Positions 29,220 through 39,282 of a stretch of DNA of 64,000 nucleotides are shown here, in pieces. Positions within the stretch are counted from its first letter, which is position 1, and each line of letters starts with the position of its first letter. Position numbers and translations under genes: made by a program. The notes beneath the pieces are model-generated. The model was given only the letters and a program-made list of their open reading frames with translations, did no database searches and was not told the origin of the DNA. This DNA comes from Allosphingosinicella sp. (lineage in GTDB: Bacteria > Pseudomonadota > Alphaproteobacteria > Sphingomonadales > Sphingomonadaceae), in NCBI GenBank assembly GCA_035645215.1, contig DASQND010000028.1, positions 9,241 through 73,240 of the forward strand, written 5' to 3'.

Positions 29220-30179
29220 GTGCCGACGCTGTTCTTCTCTTACTCCCATGCCGACGAAGCGCTGCGCGACCAGCTCGAAAAGCAGCTGTCGATCATGAAG
29301 CGCCAGGGCCTGATTGAGGCGTGGCACGACCGGCGCATCGGCGCGGGCGCCGACTTTGCGCTTGCGATCGATGAGCATGTCAACAGCGACGACATCATCC
29401 TCCTGCTCGTGAGCCCGGACTTCCTGGCCTCGGATTACTGCTATGAGCGTGAGATGCTGCGGGCGATGGAGCGGCACGAGGCGGGCGAGGCCGTGGTGAT
29501 TCCCGTCATCCTGCGGGCTTGCCCTTGGACCCGCGCTCCATTCGGCAAGCTCAACGCCGTGCCACGCGATGGGCGACCGGTCACGCTCTGGCCGGACCGG
29601 GATCAGGCGTTTCTCGAGGTGGCCAATGCCATCGGCGAAGCGGCCGAGCGCCTGGGCGGCCCCAAGAGCGCCGCGCCTTCCGCGCCGCCGCCGGTCGCTG
29701 CGCCCGCCGCCCCAGCCGTGCCAGCGGGTCCGCGCTCCAGCAACCTGCGGGTGGCGAAGCGCTTCACGCAGCGCGACAAGGATCAGTTCAAGCTCGAAAG
29801 CTTCGAGTATATGGCGCGGTTCTTCGAGAACTCCGCCGCCGAGCTCGCCGTCCGCAATCCCGGCATCGACGCCGATTTCCAGCGCATCGACGCCGGCCGC
29901 TTCATGGCGCGGGTCTACGTCGACGGCCGCAAGGTCGCGGCCTGCACCGTCTACCTCAGCAGCGGTTTCGGCGGCGAAGGCATCGGCTATGTCTCCGAGG
30001 AGACGATGGCGAGCAACACTCTCAACGAGAGCCTGAGCATCCAAGCCGACGATCAATCGCTCTATCTCCGCTCGATGGGAATGCAGGCTATGATCCGCGA
30101 GCGCGACGAGAAGCTCACACAGGAAGGCGCTGCCGAGCTCTATTGGGGGCTGCTCATCGAGCCGCTCCAGCGCAGCTAG
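29220..30179 (+). CDS. TIR-domain protein with an unknown C-terminal domain
   Basis: LFFSYSHAD, WHDRRI, LLVSPDFLASDYCYEREM (putative catalytic Glu); GTG start after aaggag. Confidence 0.85.
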   Translation: MPTLFFSYSHADEALRDQLEKQLSIMKRQGLIEAWHDRRIGAGADFALAIDEHVNSDDIILLLVSPDFLASDYCYEREMLRAMERHEAGEAVVIPVILRACPWTRAPFGKLNAVPRDGRPVTLWPDRDQAFLEVANAIGEAAERLGGPKSAAPSAPPPVAAPAAPAVPAGPRSSNLRVAKRFTQRDKDQFKLESFEYMARFFENSAAELAVRNPGIDADFQRIDAGRFMARVYVDGRKVAACTVYLSSGFGGEGIGYVSEETMASNTLNESLSIQADDQSLYLRSMGMQAMIRERDEKLTQEGAAELYWGLLIEPLQRS

Positions 30180-30558
30180 AAGATTCGAGTGCTCAAACGG
30201 CAGGAACTTACGGTCGGCTCGCTCGCCGACGCTCAGCCGCTGTTCCTCCTCCTGCCCCACACGAAATACTAACAGCTGCTGCCCCTGGACGATTGCGCAC
30301 AATGTCATGTCGTGAAAGAGGCGCTCAGGGGCGCGATATTGCGGCCCGCACCAGCTTCGCCACCTTTTCTGCGCTGGTCCGGTCGACGGCATGTGCCTCG
30401 ACCCGCTCACCCACAACAATCACAAGGTTCTTGCCGGCGCTTCGGGCGGCGGCGATCCAGTCTTCGGCTTGGCCGGACTTCAGGATGATCATGGCGCCGG
30501 AGCATAAGGAACGTTCCAACGATCTACGATAAGTCCAAACAAACGGACTTCCTTTCGC

Positions 30559-30921
30559 CTACTCGCAGCCCACCCCGTCGTTATCCCGATCGAGGTGTGG
30601 GCCAAAACCGGGATCGCCTTCGTAGACCGGGTCGGCACCTTCTGCCCGGGCATGAGAGCAGTTCTCATAGACGAACCCGGTGTCGAAGGTCTCAGCCGAG
30701 TCGGCCGCATACATGGGCCCGAGGTCCGTGCCGGCACCGGCTCCAAAGCTTCCCGGAAGCTCCGATGTGTCTTGGCCGACACGAGGCTGTAGAGGCGCAA
30801 CAGCTGACGCGATCTGTGGGGAGGGAGGAGGTTCAGTGGCAGGCGCGGTGTCTCCGCTGTTCCAAAATGCCAGCCCGATAGCAATCAGACATATGAGCCC
30901 AAGGCCGTTGCCGTCTTTCAT
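30559..30921 (-). CDS. Excalibur calcium-binding domain protein
   Basis: YENCSHARAEG...LDRDNDGVGCE. Confidence 0.85.
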   Translation of the reverse strand: MKDGNGLGLICLIAIGLAFWNSGDTAPATEPPPSPQIASAVAPLQPRVGQDTSELPGSFGAGAGTDLGPMYAADSAETFDTGFVYENCSHARAEGADPVYEGDPGFGPHLDRDNDGVGCE

Positions 30922-31287
30922 CTCGCCCCCATCTGAGTCTCAATGAATGCTACTCCATCGGAGGCGAAAGGTCAGCAGCATCTTCGCCCCGCGGTGCCGG
31001 TTCACCGATCATTCGGTCAGACGCCAGGATTGGCTCGGGGAGAGCGAGTACAAGAAGGGCACCGAGGAGGGACTGATGGGGGCAAACGGGGGTAGGGCGG
31101 CAGTCATCCACCCTAGTCGTGACACTCCCAGCGGACGACGTTATCCTCGCATCATTGTGGATGAGAGGCTGCGGAGCATCTGTCCTGGGGCGCAAAGCGA
31201 GTGCAGAAGCTGCAGATGATCGACGATGTGCTTGTACGGGCGCGGGCCCGCGCCGCCTGGTCTTTAGCCAAGCGGCGCTTCCCATAC

Positions 31288-31794
31288 CTACGCTTGCTTG
31301 GCGCGGCCTCTGCCACGCTTCGCCGCAGCCTCAGCGCTGCCGGCGCCCGCGGCCTTTGCAGCGCGACCCTTGGAGCCGAGGCCAATTTTCTTCGCCATAT
31401 CTCGGCGTACCTCGGAATAACTCGGGGCGACCATCGGATAGTCCGTCTTGAGGCCGTAGCGCTGTCGATACTGGTCGGGCGTGAGCCCGTGCCTTGAAAG
31501 ATGGCGCTTCAACGACTTGTACGGCTTGCCATCAATCATCGAGATAATGTGGTCGCGCGATGCAAGCGACTTACGCGCAGTCACGGCCGGGGTGAAGCTC
31601 TCTTCCTGAGTCCTCTCATCGGAGGATGTTTCTGTGGTCGATGTGCCCGATGCGAGCTCGGTTACGGTCTGATGCATTGTGCGCAGGAACTGTGGCACCT
31701 CCTCGGCGGAAATGCGGTTGTTCTGATTGCCAAGCCAAGCGATCGTCAGCTCGGTTGCAAGCTCCACAGGGTTAAGCGCAATTTCGTCGGGCAT
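31288..31794 (-). CDS. mucR: MucR/Ros-family transcriptional regulator
   Basis: PAVTARKS...HIISMIDGKPYKSLKRHL...LTPDQYRQRYGL..DYPMVAPSYS. Confidence 0.92.
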   Translation of the reverse strand: MPDEIALNPVELATELTIAWLGNQNNRISAEEVPQFLRTMHQTVTELASGTSTTETSSDERTQEESFTPAVTARKSLASRDHIISMIDGKPYKSLKRHLSRHGLTPDQYRQRYGLKTDYPMVAPSYSEVRRDMAKKIGLGSKGRAAKAAGAGSAEAAAKRGRGRAKQA

Positions 31795-33160
31795 TTCCGG
31801 TCTACTCCATGTACAAGCAACGAGATGGCGCCTACCTGCGTCCTACCTGGATGGCTAGCCCGCGTAAGGGTGGCGCGCGATAAGATAGGGGTGATCTGGC
31901 ACCTTCCAGAGCGCTCGCTAGAGGTACATTGGTTGTCTGTAGAAGCGGTCTCTACTTTTCAAGGCGCACGGTCTTGTGTGTTCTCGCAGGATTGGCAAAA
32001 AACACCCATGCGTGCAATATGTCGACAGCCAGTGCCACGCAGAAGGATTCAGATCCTTAGGCATCTGATTAAGCAGTTCAGGCAACCAGCGGTGATTGCG
32101 CGTCTCTCCAGAACGACGTTTCTGGCCAGCGGGTTTCGGTCAGATAAACCGGCGCGGTGCCCCGCAGCGACTTATCCCTGTGCGCGCGATTGTCCGCGGG
32201 TAGTCGAGGATCGCCAGCGCGTTGCCGCCGAGTGCCGCTCGCACGGGGTGCGCGGCCACGAGCCCCGACGAGAGCGCCTGGGGCATGCTCTGGGACGTCA
32301 GGGGATGAATGCCGGCGCCGCGTCGCCCATGGACATCCACCGGTCGCAGCATGCCCTGCCGAGGAGGGAGAAGCTGGCTTCCCATCCACGCCGGGGCGCA
32401 CCCCCGCGGAAGCAGGGGCCGGTCGCCGAATAGGATGTCGTGCCGCACGCCCATGGGACCTTCGGCACCGTAGGACCACCCATCTGCCGGGGACGCATTG
32501 CGCGTATGTTTTGGTTTTTAGCTGCGTCCTGCGTGCTCGTAGGGTGCATACGCAGGATAAGGCGGCTTCGAATTCGGCGGACGCTGGGCTGAAGCGGGCT
32601 CGCGATGAGCCTTCGGGTAGGCTAGGCGGGGCTCGGAGACGGTTCGGAGACACGGGTGGGGACTAGCGGCGGCTCGGTGCCGGCGTCGGCGCTTGCTTCC
32701 TTCGGCGTGAGCGGAGCCGTGCCGCCGGGGGTGCCCGGAGCAGGTCTACTCAATCGCGGTCTGATCTAGACAGGGCTAAGTCGAGCTTGAAATCCGGATA
32801 TGTTCGGCTGCTGGCGACCGCGGAGGAGAGGACTTCGATCATCTTGTGCTTGTCCCGCGGTCCATCTTCCACGTGCTGCACGGACAATGATCGGGTTTAT
32901 CGCGCTTCGTGGAGTAAATCTCGCGTACGAGCTGGAGAGCGTCGATCGACGTTGGCGCCGGAGATGCTGGGATCGGCATTCGCACGTCACGAGATTACGC
33001 TGGCGGCGTGATCACCAGCCACACCCGCGGCAATGGTGACGCGTTGCTCCGCGAGCGGAGGCAAACAACTGCTTCGTTTTCTTGTTGACTCTTTCGATCG
33101 CTCTCGCCACGTTTACCGCAGCGCACGAATTGATCGTCGCATCAGCGATAGGATTGAGCC

Positions 33161-33346
33161 ATGATCTCGCTCAGCTCCATGTTGGCACGTGAACTTAGCC
33201 CCTCGGAAATCGAAGCGATAGGTGGGGGTAGTTGCCGTTGTAGCTGCTCTAGCGGGCAGGTCTCGATGTCATGCAACAGCAGTGGGTGCAGCCCTCCTTA
33301 TTGTGAGGACGCAGCTGCGATGCTCCAATGCGAAGGCTCTTGTTGA
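33161..33346 (+). CDS. RiPP precursor: double-glycine leader plus Cys/Ser-rich core
   Basis: ELSPSEIEAIGGG followed by SCRCSCSSGQVSMSCNSSGCSPPYCEDAAAMLQCEGSC; heads a cluster containing a C39 exporter. Confidence 0.8.
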   Translation: MISLSSMLARELSPSEIEAIGGGSCRCSCSSGQVSMSCNSSGCSPPYCEDAAAMLQCEGSC

Positions 33347-33421
33347 GCGGAATTGCTCAGCCTGTCGCGCCTGGGGTATGCGTAGGCGGAAGACCTGCGA
33401 AATCTGGATTGGATCTGCGTC

Positions 33422-33640
33422 ATGTCGAACGCCGAAGCGGTAGACACCAACGCGGTGGTGCCGCACGAGGTCGACCTGCCCATCTATCAGCGACGTATGG
33501 CGCGTTGCCGCGCTTGCCACAACTCGCGGAGACTCTTGGGGCAGAACAGCGAGCGCATCATTCAATGCACCCTTTGCCACTGCATAATGAACATTAAGAA
33601 TCGGCTGCCGAACGCCCGCTGCCCAATAAATCTGTTTTAG
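33422..33640 (+). CDS. Small Cys-rich protein (DUF6171-like)
   Basis: YQRRMARCRAC...CTLCHC...K...RCP. Confidence 0.7.
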   Translation: MSNAEAVDTNAVVPHEVDLPIYQRRMARCRACHNSRRLLGQNSERIIQCTLCHCIMNIKNRLPNARCPINLF

Positions 33641-33654
33641 ATCCTTACACCAGG

Positions 33655-34755
33655 ATGGCAGACTCGGTCGTTGTATTCGCCGGCGACATAGACGCGGACG
33701 TCGCGTATGTCATAAAGGCACTCTCTATATTAAACTTCGATGTAGCTCTCGTCGATGGGTCTACTATTCTCGGCAGCGGCGCTCTCTCCGTCTATTCCGG
33801 CTCCCACTCGCGCGTCGCCATGGTGGAGGCGAATGGACGATCATACTCACTGGATGATCAACAGGTAAGTGTCTGGAACAGGAGAAACTTTTACTCCCCT
33901 CAGGACCCGGGATTCAACTCACCAGCGGAATTCGAGGAGGCCCGTACGAACCTCTTTCACGCGACGGCGTGCCTGAAGAGCTTGCTCAATGGCCGAAACG
34001 CTACCAACACTTGGCTCGCTAACGAGAGGTACTCAGTCAAAACCGAGCAGTACCAACTCGCAGCGCAATCAGGCTTTTGCGTTCCGGCGACATTGATCTC
34101 CAATAATCCGGCACGAATTAGGGAGTTTGCGCGGTCGCTGTCGCGCGTCTGTGTGAAACCCTTCGCCTCGACAAACTTCAACCAGGGCAAGCCAGGCGCA
34201 AACGCGAGGGTCTTCACCGCAACAATCCTTGAGCGTCTGGATGAGATCGACGATTCCCCCCTGGCCGCCGCGCCGCTGATCTACCAGCAGATGATAGAGA
34301 AGACCTGCGATGTTAGAATAGCCGCGTTCGGCGATCACGCGTCAGGCGTGATGATACCTTTCGACAAGAACGACGATCCTCTAGACTACAAATCGAGCTT
34401 TAATTATCTGTCGAAGCTTAGACCCGTCGCACTCCCGGACAACATACGTTCTATGGTGAAGAGCTACCTCAGGCAAGCGGGGCTTGGCTTCGCAGTGTTT
34501 GATTTCGCCGTTTCGGAAACAGGAGATTGGTGGTTCCTTGAAGCCAACACCGCCGGTCGCTTTACCTGGATGGAGCTGTTTTGCGAAGACGTAAACCTCT
34601 TGTGGCCGTTCTGCTTTCATCTCGTGGGCTCCGACGGGAACGGACACGTGGCGGTGGCGGACCTACCCGACATGAGTTTCGTAGTGAATGAGGCCGAGGA
34701 AGATCCGGCCATAGCTAAGTTCGTTGGCGAGCCGGTCGTTGTCGCGTCGGGCTGA
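33655..34755 (+). CDS. ATP-grasp ligase, RimK/graspetide-synthetase-like
   Basis: KTEQYQLA..GF.VPATLISN, VKP, IYQQMIEK..DVRI, DF...WFLEAN. Confidence 0.85.
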   Translation: MADSVVVFAGDIDADVAYVIKALSILNFDVALVDGSTILGSGALSVYSGSHSRVAMVEANGRSYSLDDQQVSVWNRRNFYSPQDPGFNSPAEFEEARTNLFHATACLKSLLNGRNATNTWLANERYSVKTEQYQLAAQSGFCVPATLISNNPARIREFARSLSRVCVKPFASTNFNQGKPGANARVFTATILERLDEIDDSPLAAAPLIYQQMIEKTCDVRIAAFGDHASGVMIPFDKNDDPLDYKSSFNYLSKLRPVALPDNIRSMVKSYLRQAGLGFAVFDFAVSETGDWWFLEANTAGRFTWMELFCEDVNLLWPFCFHLVGSDGNGHVAVADLPDMSFVVNEAEEDPAIAKFVGEPVVVASG

Positions 34756-34762
34756 GCACAAA

Positions 34763-35932
34763 ATGAAGGTTGCCGCGCTCTCAGCGCTGATCTTCGCCAG
34801 TTTGCCCATTGCCGCGGCGTTGGCTGATGTACGACCCACGTCCGCAGTCTTACTCACGCCGCGTGTGCGGCCCGCGGCTTTCCCAAAGTCAGCGCTGATC
34901 CCCGCTGAGGTCGCTAAGCTGGGCGAGTCGCCGGTTGTGGCATACCAGCATGAAGGCAAGCTGTTCATCGTTGCGCGGCACGAAGGAGCTGAGCCGGCGC
35001 TGAGCGGTACATTTCGCGGCCGGCTTCAGCGCATCGATGACGGATTGGCGAACCTCTGGGGCGCCGCGTTCGAAGTCGACAGTCTTGATCGTGCGATTTT
35101 GGACATCATTGTAACAGCGGATGCTGGTTTCGTCGGCTACTTCCAATTCCGTGGGAGCGCTGCCGGCCCGATGCCCGTAGATGCGCTTCGCGCCGGCGTC
35201 ATGGTGCGACAGACGGTTACGGGTGCCCAATCCGGACTGACACGCCGCATCGCCATCTACCGTCCTAGAAACTCATCTCGATCCTCGCGAATGATGTACG
35301 TCCTCGACTTGGCAGAGAGTCCAGACAGCTTCTTCCGGCGTGTAGATGCACTGATCTACGAACAGGTGATCAGCCCTGTCATCATCATTGCGCTCCCCGC
35401 AGGCGATGGAATCAGCACAGTCCGCATCAGCGACATGCAGCGTCGGAGTGAGCTGCGGCTCCAAGAACGAGTGAGTGGTCTAAACCCGGCCGTTTACCGC
35501 CGCTACGAGCAATTCATCTTTGATGACCTGGCGCCAGCTCTTACACGAGAATATCAGGTCGGCCAAAACCGGGAGCAGGTGGCTTTCGTAGGTACTTCGG
35601 CCAGTGCGACCTGGGTGCTTCATCAGGCGCGACACCGCCCAGGTGAAGCCGGCGTGTGGGGTGCCTTTTCCCTTCCGAACAATCCCGTGGACCGACTCCC
35701 CGACAATGCTAGCGAAAGAATCTTCATGGGCGGAGGGGCTTTCGACCTCGAGTACACAGTAAATGGTCTAGCGAAATGCACTGAGATCTTGAGACTTGGC
35801 GGTGATTGTCGCTTCACGGTCGTGAATGCCGGACACAGCCAGAGTGCATGGGATGAGCTCATCGCAGATCTTCTGATCAATTGGGAGGATCTGTCGACAC
35901 GTGAGGGAGGCGGGGGTGCCGTCAGACCCTGA
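34763..35932 (+). CDS. Secreted alpha/beta-hydrolase (putative esterase)
   Basis: Signal peptide; GTSAS nucleophile elbow; GGGAFD; AGH. Confidence 0.7.
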   Translation: MKVAALSALIFASLPIAAALADVRPTSAVLLTPRVRPAAFPKSALIPAEVAKLGESPVVAYQHEGKLFIVARHEGAEPALSGTFRGRLQRIDDGLANLWGAAFEVDSLDRAILDIIVTADAGFVGYFQFRGSAAGPMPVDALRAGVMVRQTVTGAQSGLTRRIAIYRPRNSSRSSRMMYVLDLAESPDSFFRRVDALIYEQVISPVIIIALPAGDGISTVRISDMQRRSELRLQERVSGLNPAVYRRYEQFIFDDLAPALTREYQVGQNREQVAFVGTSASATWVLHQARHRPGEAGVWGAFSLPNNPVDRLPDNASERIFMGGGAFDLEYTVNGLAKCTEILRLGGDCRFTVVNAGHSQSAWDELIADLLINWEDLSTREGGGGAVRP

Positions 35933-37181
35933 TTACGTTGAGATCAGAAGCTTCTCTCAAAGTGAGATGTTCAGACCGGAAGCGGTTCGATTCGCTACGA
36001 ATCGGCTCCAAGGCTCCCTTGTTATACATCATCGTCCCTCCCATCTGCTGCTGGCACTGTTCGCTACCGTGATCGTACTGGCAGGATTTGCTGCAGCGGC
36101 CGTGATCCCAATCCCACAGAAAGTGGAAGCCCCCGGGTGGATCGTTCCCGCGGGCGGGCTCGTGCGAATGGCGGCTCCGCAAACCGGTATCTTGTCCCAG
36201 CTGAACATAGCTGAAAATCGCCCCGTCCGAAAAGGCGAGCTTCTAGCCATTCTTAGATACCCTACGAGCTCGGCGGCAGGTGAGACTGAGGATGTGCTGG
36301 AAGAAACTGCGCGTCGCCAGTTGGAGGCTTTGGCCGACCAGACCGCCGTGAATATCGAGAAAGCTTCTGCTGAAGTGGGGGACGCCGAGAGGCGGCTCCG
36401 CTTGCTTCAGCGCGAACTCCTGGAGGCGAACGGTCGCGCTCGGATCGAATACGACAAGCTGGTGCTCGCCAGAAGCCGTCTGGAGGGGTATTCCACGCTG
36501 GCCGCTCGCGGGCTTATATCCAGAGCCGCTCTGGTCCAGCACCACACAAATGTTCTCGAGGCGGAGGCCGCAGTGTCTCAGGCGCGGTCGAGCGTCCTGG
36601 GCATTGAGCGCGAGATCGCGAACGCCGAAGCTGAGGCTCGAGCATCGCGGCTGAACGGCCGTCTGGCGGCATCGGAGGGCCAGGCCGGAAGAGCAGCTCT
36701 TGTCGAGAGGCTTACAACGGCCAGCAGACAGCAGGGCTCTAGAATCTATGCCTCCTCGGACGGCACAGTGGGGGCAGTGCCGGTCTCCCTAGGGCAAACG
36801 GTCGCCGGTGGTGAGACCATCGCGTGGCTGATGCCCAATCAAGGGCGTTTGGAGGTCGAAATTTACGTTGCAGCTGCAAACGCTGCTCAAGTGCGGGTGG
36901 GGCAGGAGGTGCGCGTCCACTTCCAGGATGAGCGGAATTCCAGCCTCTCACTCACCGGCCGTGTTCGGGCCGTTACCATGAACGCTCTTCCTCCGAACGA
37001 GATCGCACTACCCTCGGCTAATCTGGAAGAACCGGTATTCGTCACCCGCGTCGCTCTGCCAACGGATTTCGGCGGCCACAACTTGCGCGCCGGAACACCT
37101 GTGCGCGCTACTATTTTGGTGAGGCGCCAGACGCTCCTGGCTCGTATTCTGCAGCCTCCATCCGCTGCCGGTAGGCAGTAG
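35901..37181 (+). CDS. HlyD-family membrane fusion protein
   Basis: FRPEAV, one transmembrane helix, coiled coil, lipoyl-like VRKGELL and GQTVAGGE; start may be 35916 or 35967. Confidence 0.88.
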   Translation: MREAGVPSDPDYVEIRSFSQSEMFRPEAVRFATNRLQGSLVIHHRPSHLLLALFATVIVLAGFAAAAVIPIPQKVEAPGWIVPAGGLVRMAAPQTGILSQLNIAENRPVRKGELLAILRYPTSSAAGETEDVLEETARRQLEALADQTAVNIEKASAEVGDAERRLRLLQRELLEANGRARIEYDKLVLARSRLEGYSTLAARGLISRAALVQHHTNVLEAEAAVSQARSSVLGIEREIANAEAEARASRLNGRLAASEGQAGRAALVERLTTASRQQGSRIYASSDGTVGAVPVSLGQTVAGGETIAWLMPNQGRLEVEIYVAAANAAQVRVGQEVRVHFQDERNSSLSLTGRVRAVTMNALPPNEIALPSANLEEPVFVTRVALPTDFGGHNLRAGTPVRATILVRRQTLLARILQPPSAAGRQ

Positions 37182-37182
37182 C

Positions 37183-39282
37183 ATGCGGCGAGCGATCCGC
37201 ACCATCCTAGCTACGGAGCAGGCTGATTGCGGCCTCGCCTGCCTCGCGATGGTCAGCGACTACTTCGGCGATCGCTTCGAGCTTGTGCAGCTCAGGCAAG
37301 CCTTCCCTGTTTCCGCCAACGGGACGAACTTAGCGGCACTCATAAGCGCCGCCGCCGCGATGGGATTAGGGGCGCGCGCTCTCAGGGTCGAACTTGAAGC
37401 GCTGCGCTGCATTTCCGACCCAGTGATCATACACTGGAACTTGAACCACTTCGTCGTTCTCGAATCAGTTCGGGGCCAATGGGCGATCATTCACGATCCG
37501 GGCATTGGAAGACGCCGCGTTCGATTCGCCGAACTCTCGCACCACTTCAGCGGCGTTGTTCTGGAGCTCTTCCCGCGCGCGGAGTTCGTCAAACGAGATC
37601 GCCGCGAGCGGCTGAAATTCTGGCATCTGTGGTCGAAGAGCACAGGCTTGTGGGCAGCCGCTTTGCAAATCATTGCCGTGTCCGCTCTCGTCCAGGTGCT
37701 GGCGATCATTCCAGCCCTGCAGCTCCAAGTCGTTGTCGATCAGATGTCCTTCAATGGAGGCAGCGAATTTATCCTGCTCATCGGGCTCGGTTTTGCGGCG
37801 GCCGTGTGCTTCCAAGCAATCGCTACCGGCATAAGAGACTGGACAGTCCAAGTGGTCGGCTCGAAAATTCTTCTGCAGCTAACAGGCAATGTGCAATCCC
37901 ACCTCGTCCGCCTCCCGATCGCGTGGTTCGAGAAACGGCAGGTCGGCGATGTTATATCCCGATTGAATGCGCTTGGCTCCCTGAAGGATCTGCTTGGGCA
38001 GGGTGTGATATCGGTGGCAATCGACTCCGTGAGCTTGATCTTAGTAGCGACTTTCATGGTTGGGTATTCGGCTTGGCTCGCTTTGGTGGTGTTCGCCTTC
38101 GCTTCTCTCGGCGTCGTCTTTTCGCTGGTCACCTCCAAGCTGACCATCGGTCGATCATCGGAGTCATTGCTGGCCGCAGGGGTCGAGCAAACCCACGTGA
38201 TCGAATCTTTGCGGGCAATGAGTACGATCAAGATCATGGGTCAGGAACAGATTCGGGTAGCCCGCTGGCGAGACCTGGCAACGGAGACGATAAATAAGAC
38301 GTTGACTGTGTCGAAAATCGCCTCTGTTGCTTCTTCTGTAAATATCGCAATTGCCGGGCTGCAGACCGTTTCTGTTCTTTGCATTGGCGCCCTTCTCGTG
38401 CAAGCAGGCACTGGTTTCTCGCTCGGCATGCTGATGACATTCTACGCCTTGTCACTGGTGTTCTCTGACCGGCTACGCTCGGCTGCCGCACAGGTCATGC
38501 AATTTCGCATGGTTGGACTGCATCTTGATCGGTTGGGCGACATCGTTCTCGAGCCGGCCGAGTCCGATCAGCTGATGCCCTCCAGGAGCTGGGAGGGCGG
38601 CATTGAGTGCTGCAAGCTTTGGTTTCGCTACGGTGTGTCTGACCCTTGGGTATTGCGCGACGTTAGCCTGAACGTCGCGCCTGGGGATTTTCTGGCGATC
38701 GTGGGTCCATCGGGAATGGGAAAATCCACCCTGATACGATTGCTCCTAGGCGTGCTTGAACCTTCTAAGGGTGAGATTCTGCTTGATGGAGAGCCGGCAA
38801 ACGCGTCTTTGTGGCGATCTTGGCGATCCCAGGTCGGCGTGGTTGGGCAGTCGGACACCCTCTTCTCCGGGACGTTCTACGATAATATTTGCCTCTTTGA
38901 CCCTTCGGCGCGCTTTGCCGATGTGGAAGCTGCCGCCAAGGCCGCGCAAATCAACGACGAGATCACGCGATTGCCTCTGCGATACCAGACACGAATCGGT
39001 GACATGGGATCCTCGCTGTCCGCCGGCCAGAAGCAGAGGCTGATGCTCGCGCGCGCGCTTTACCGGAGGCCTCGGATCTTGTTGCTCGATGAAGGCACAG
39101 CTAATTTGGACGAAACCAACGAACGTCGCATTCTCGAGATCGTCAGGGAGCTGCCCATCACGAGAATCATAGTGACTCACAAAGCATCCGTTGCTGCTCT
39201 CGCGGACAGGGTTGTGTCGTTGCAGGCCGGGCACCTCTTAGAGCTCGATCGAGGCAGAACGACTCGGAAGCGCGATAACTGA
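37183..39282 (+). CDS. Peptidase-domain (C39) ABC transporter
   Basis: QADCGLACLAM, HWNLNHFVVL, GPSGMGKST, LSAGQKQR, LLLDEGT. Confidence 0.93.
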   Translation: MRRAIRTILATEQADCGLACLAMVSDYFGDRFELVQLRQAFPVSANGTNLAALISAAAAMGLGARALRVELEALRCISDPVIIHWNLNHFVVLESVRGQWAIIHDPGIGRRRVRFAELSHHFSGVVLELFPRAEFVKRDRRERLKFWHLWSKSTGLWAAALQIIAVSALVQVLAIIPALQLQVVVDQMSFNGGSEFILLIGLGFAAAVCFQAIATGIRDWTVQVVGSKILLQLTGNVQSHLVRLPIAWFEKRQVGDVISRLNALGSLKDLLGQGVISVAIDSVSLILVATFMVGYSAWLALVVFAFASLGVVFSLVTSKLTIGRSSESLLAAGVEQTHVIESLRAMSTIKIMGQEQIRVARWRDLATETINKTLTVSKIASVASSVNIAIAGLQTVSVLCIGALLVQAGTGFSLGMLMTFYALSLVFSDRLRSAAAQVMQFRMVGLHLDRLGDIVLEPAESDQLMPSRSWEGGIECCKLWFRYGVSDPWVLRDVSLNVAPGDFLAIVGPSGMGKSTLIRLLLGVLEPSKGEILLDGEPANASLWRSWRSQVGVVGQSDTLFSGTFYDNICLFDPSARFADVEAAAKAAQINDEITRLPLRYQTRIGDMGSSLSAGQKQRLMLARALYRRPRILLLDEGTANLDETNERRILEIVRELPITRIIVTHKASVAALADRVVSLQAGHLLELDRGRTTRKRDN

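Noticed and set aside
29220-30179. Thoeris system
   Set aside because: No SIR2, Macro or Caf-type ThsA gene nearby.
31800-33100. Several overlapping ORFs between mucR and the RiPP precursor
   Set aside because: Arg/Ala/Pro-rich translations typical of non-coding GC-rich frames; no motifs.
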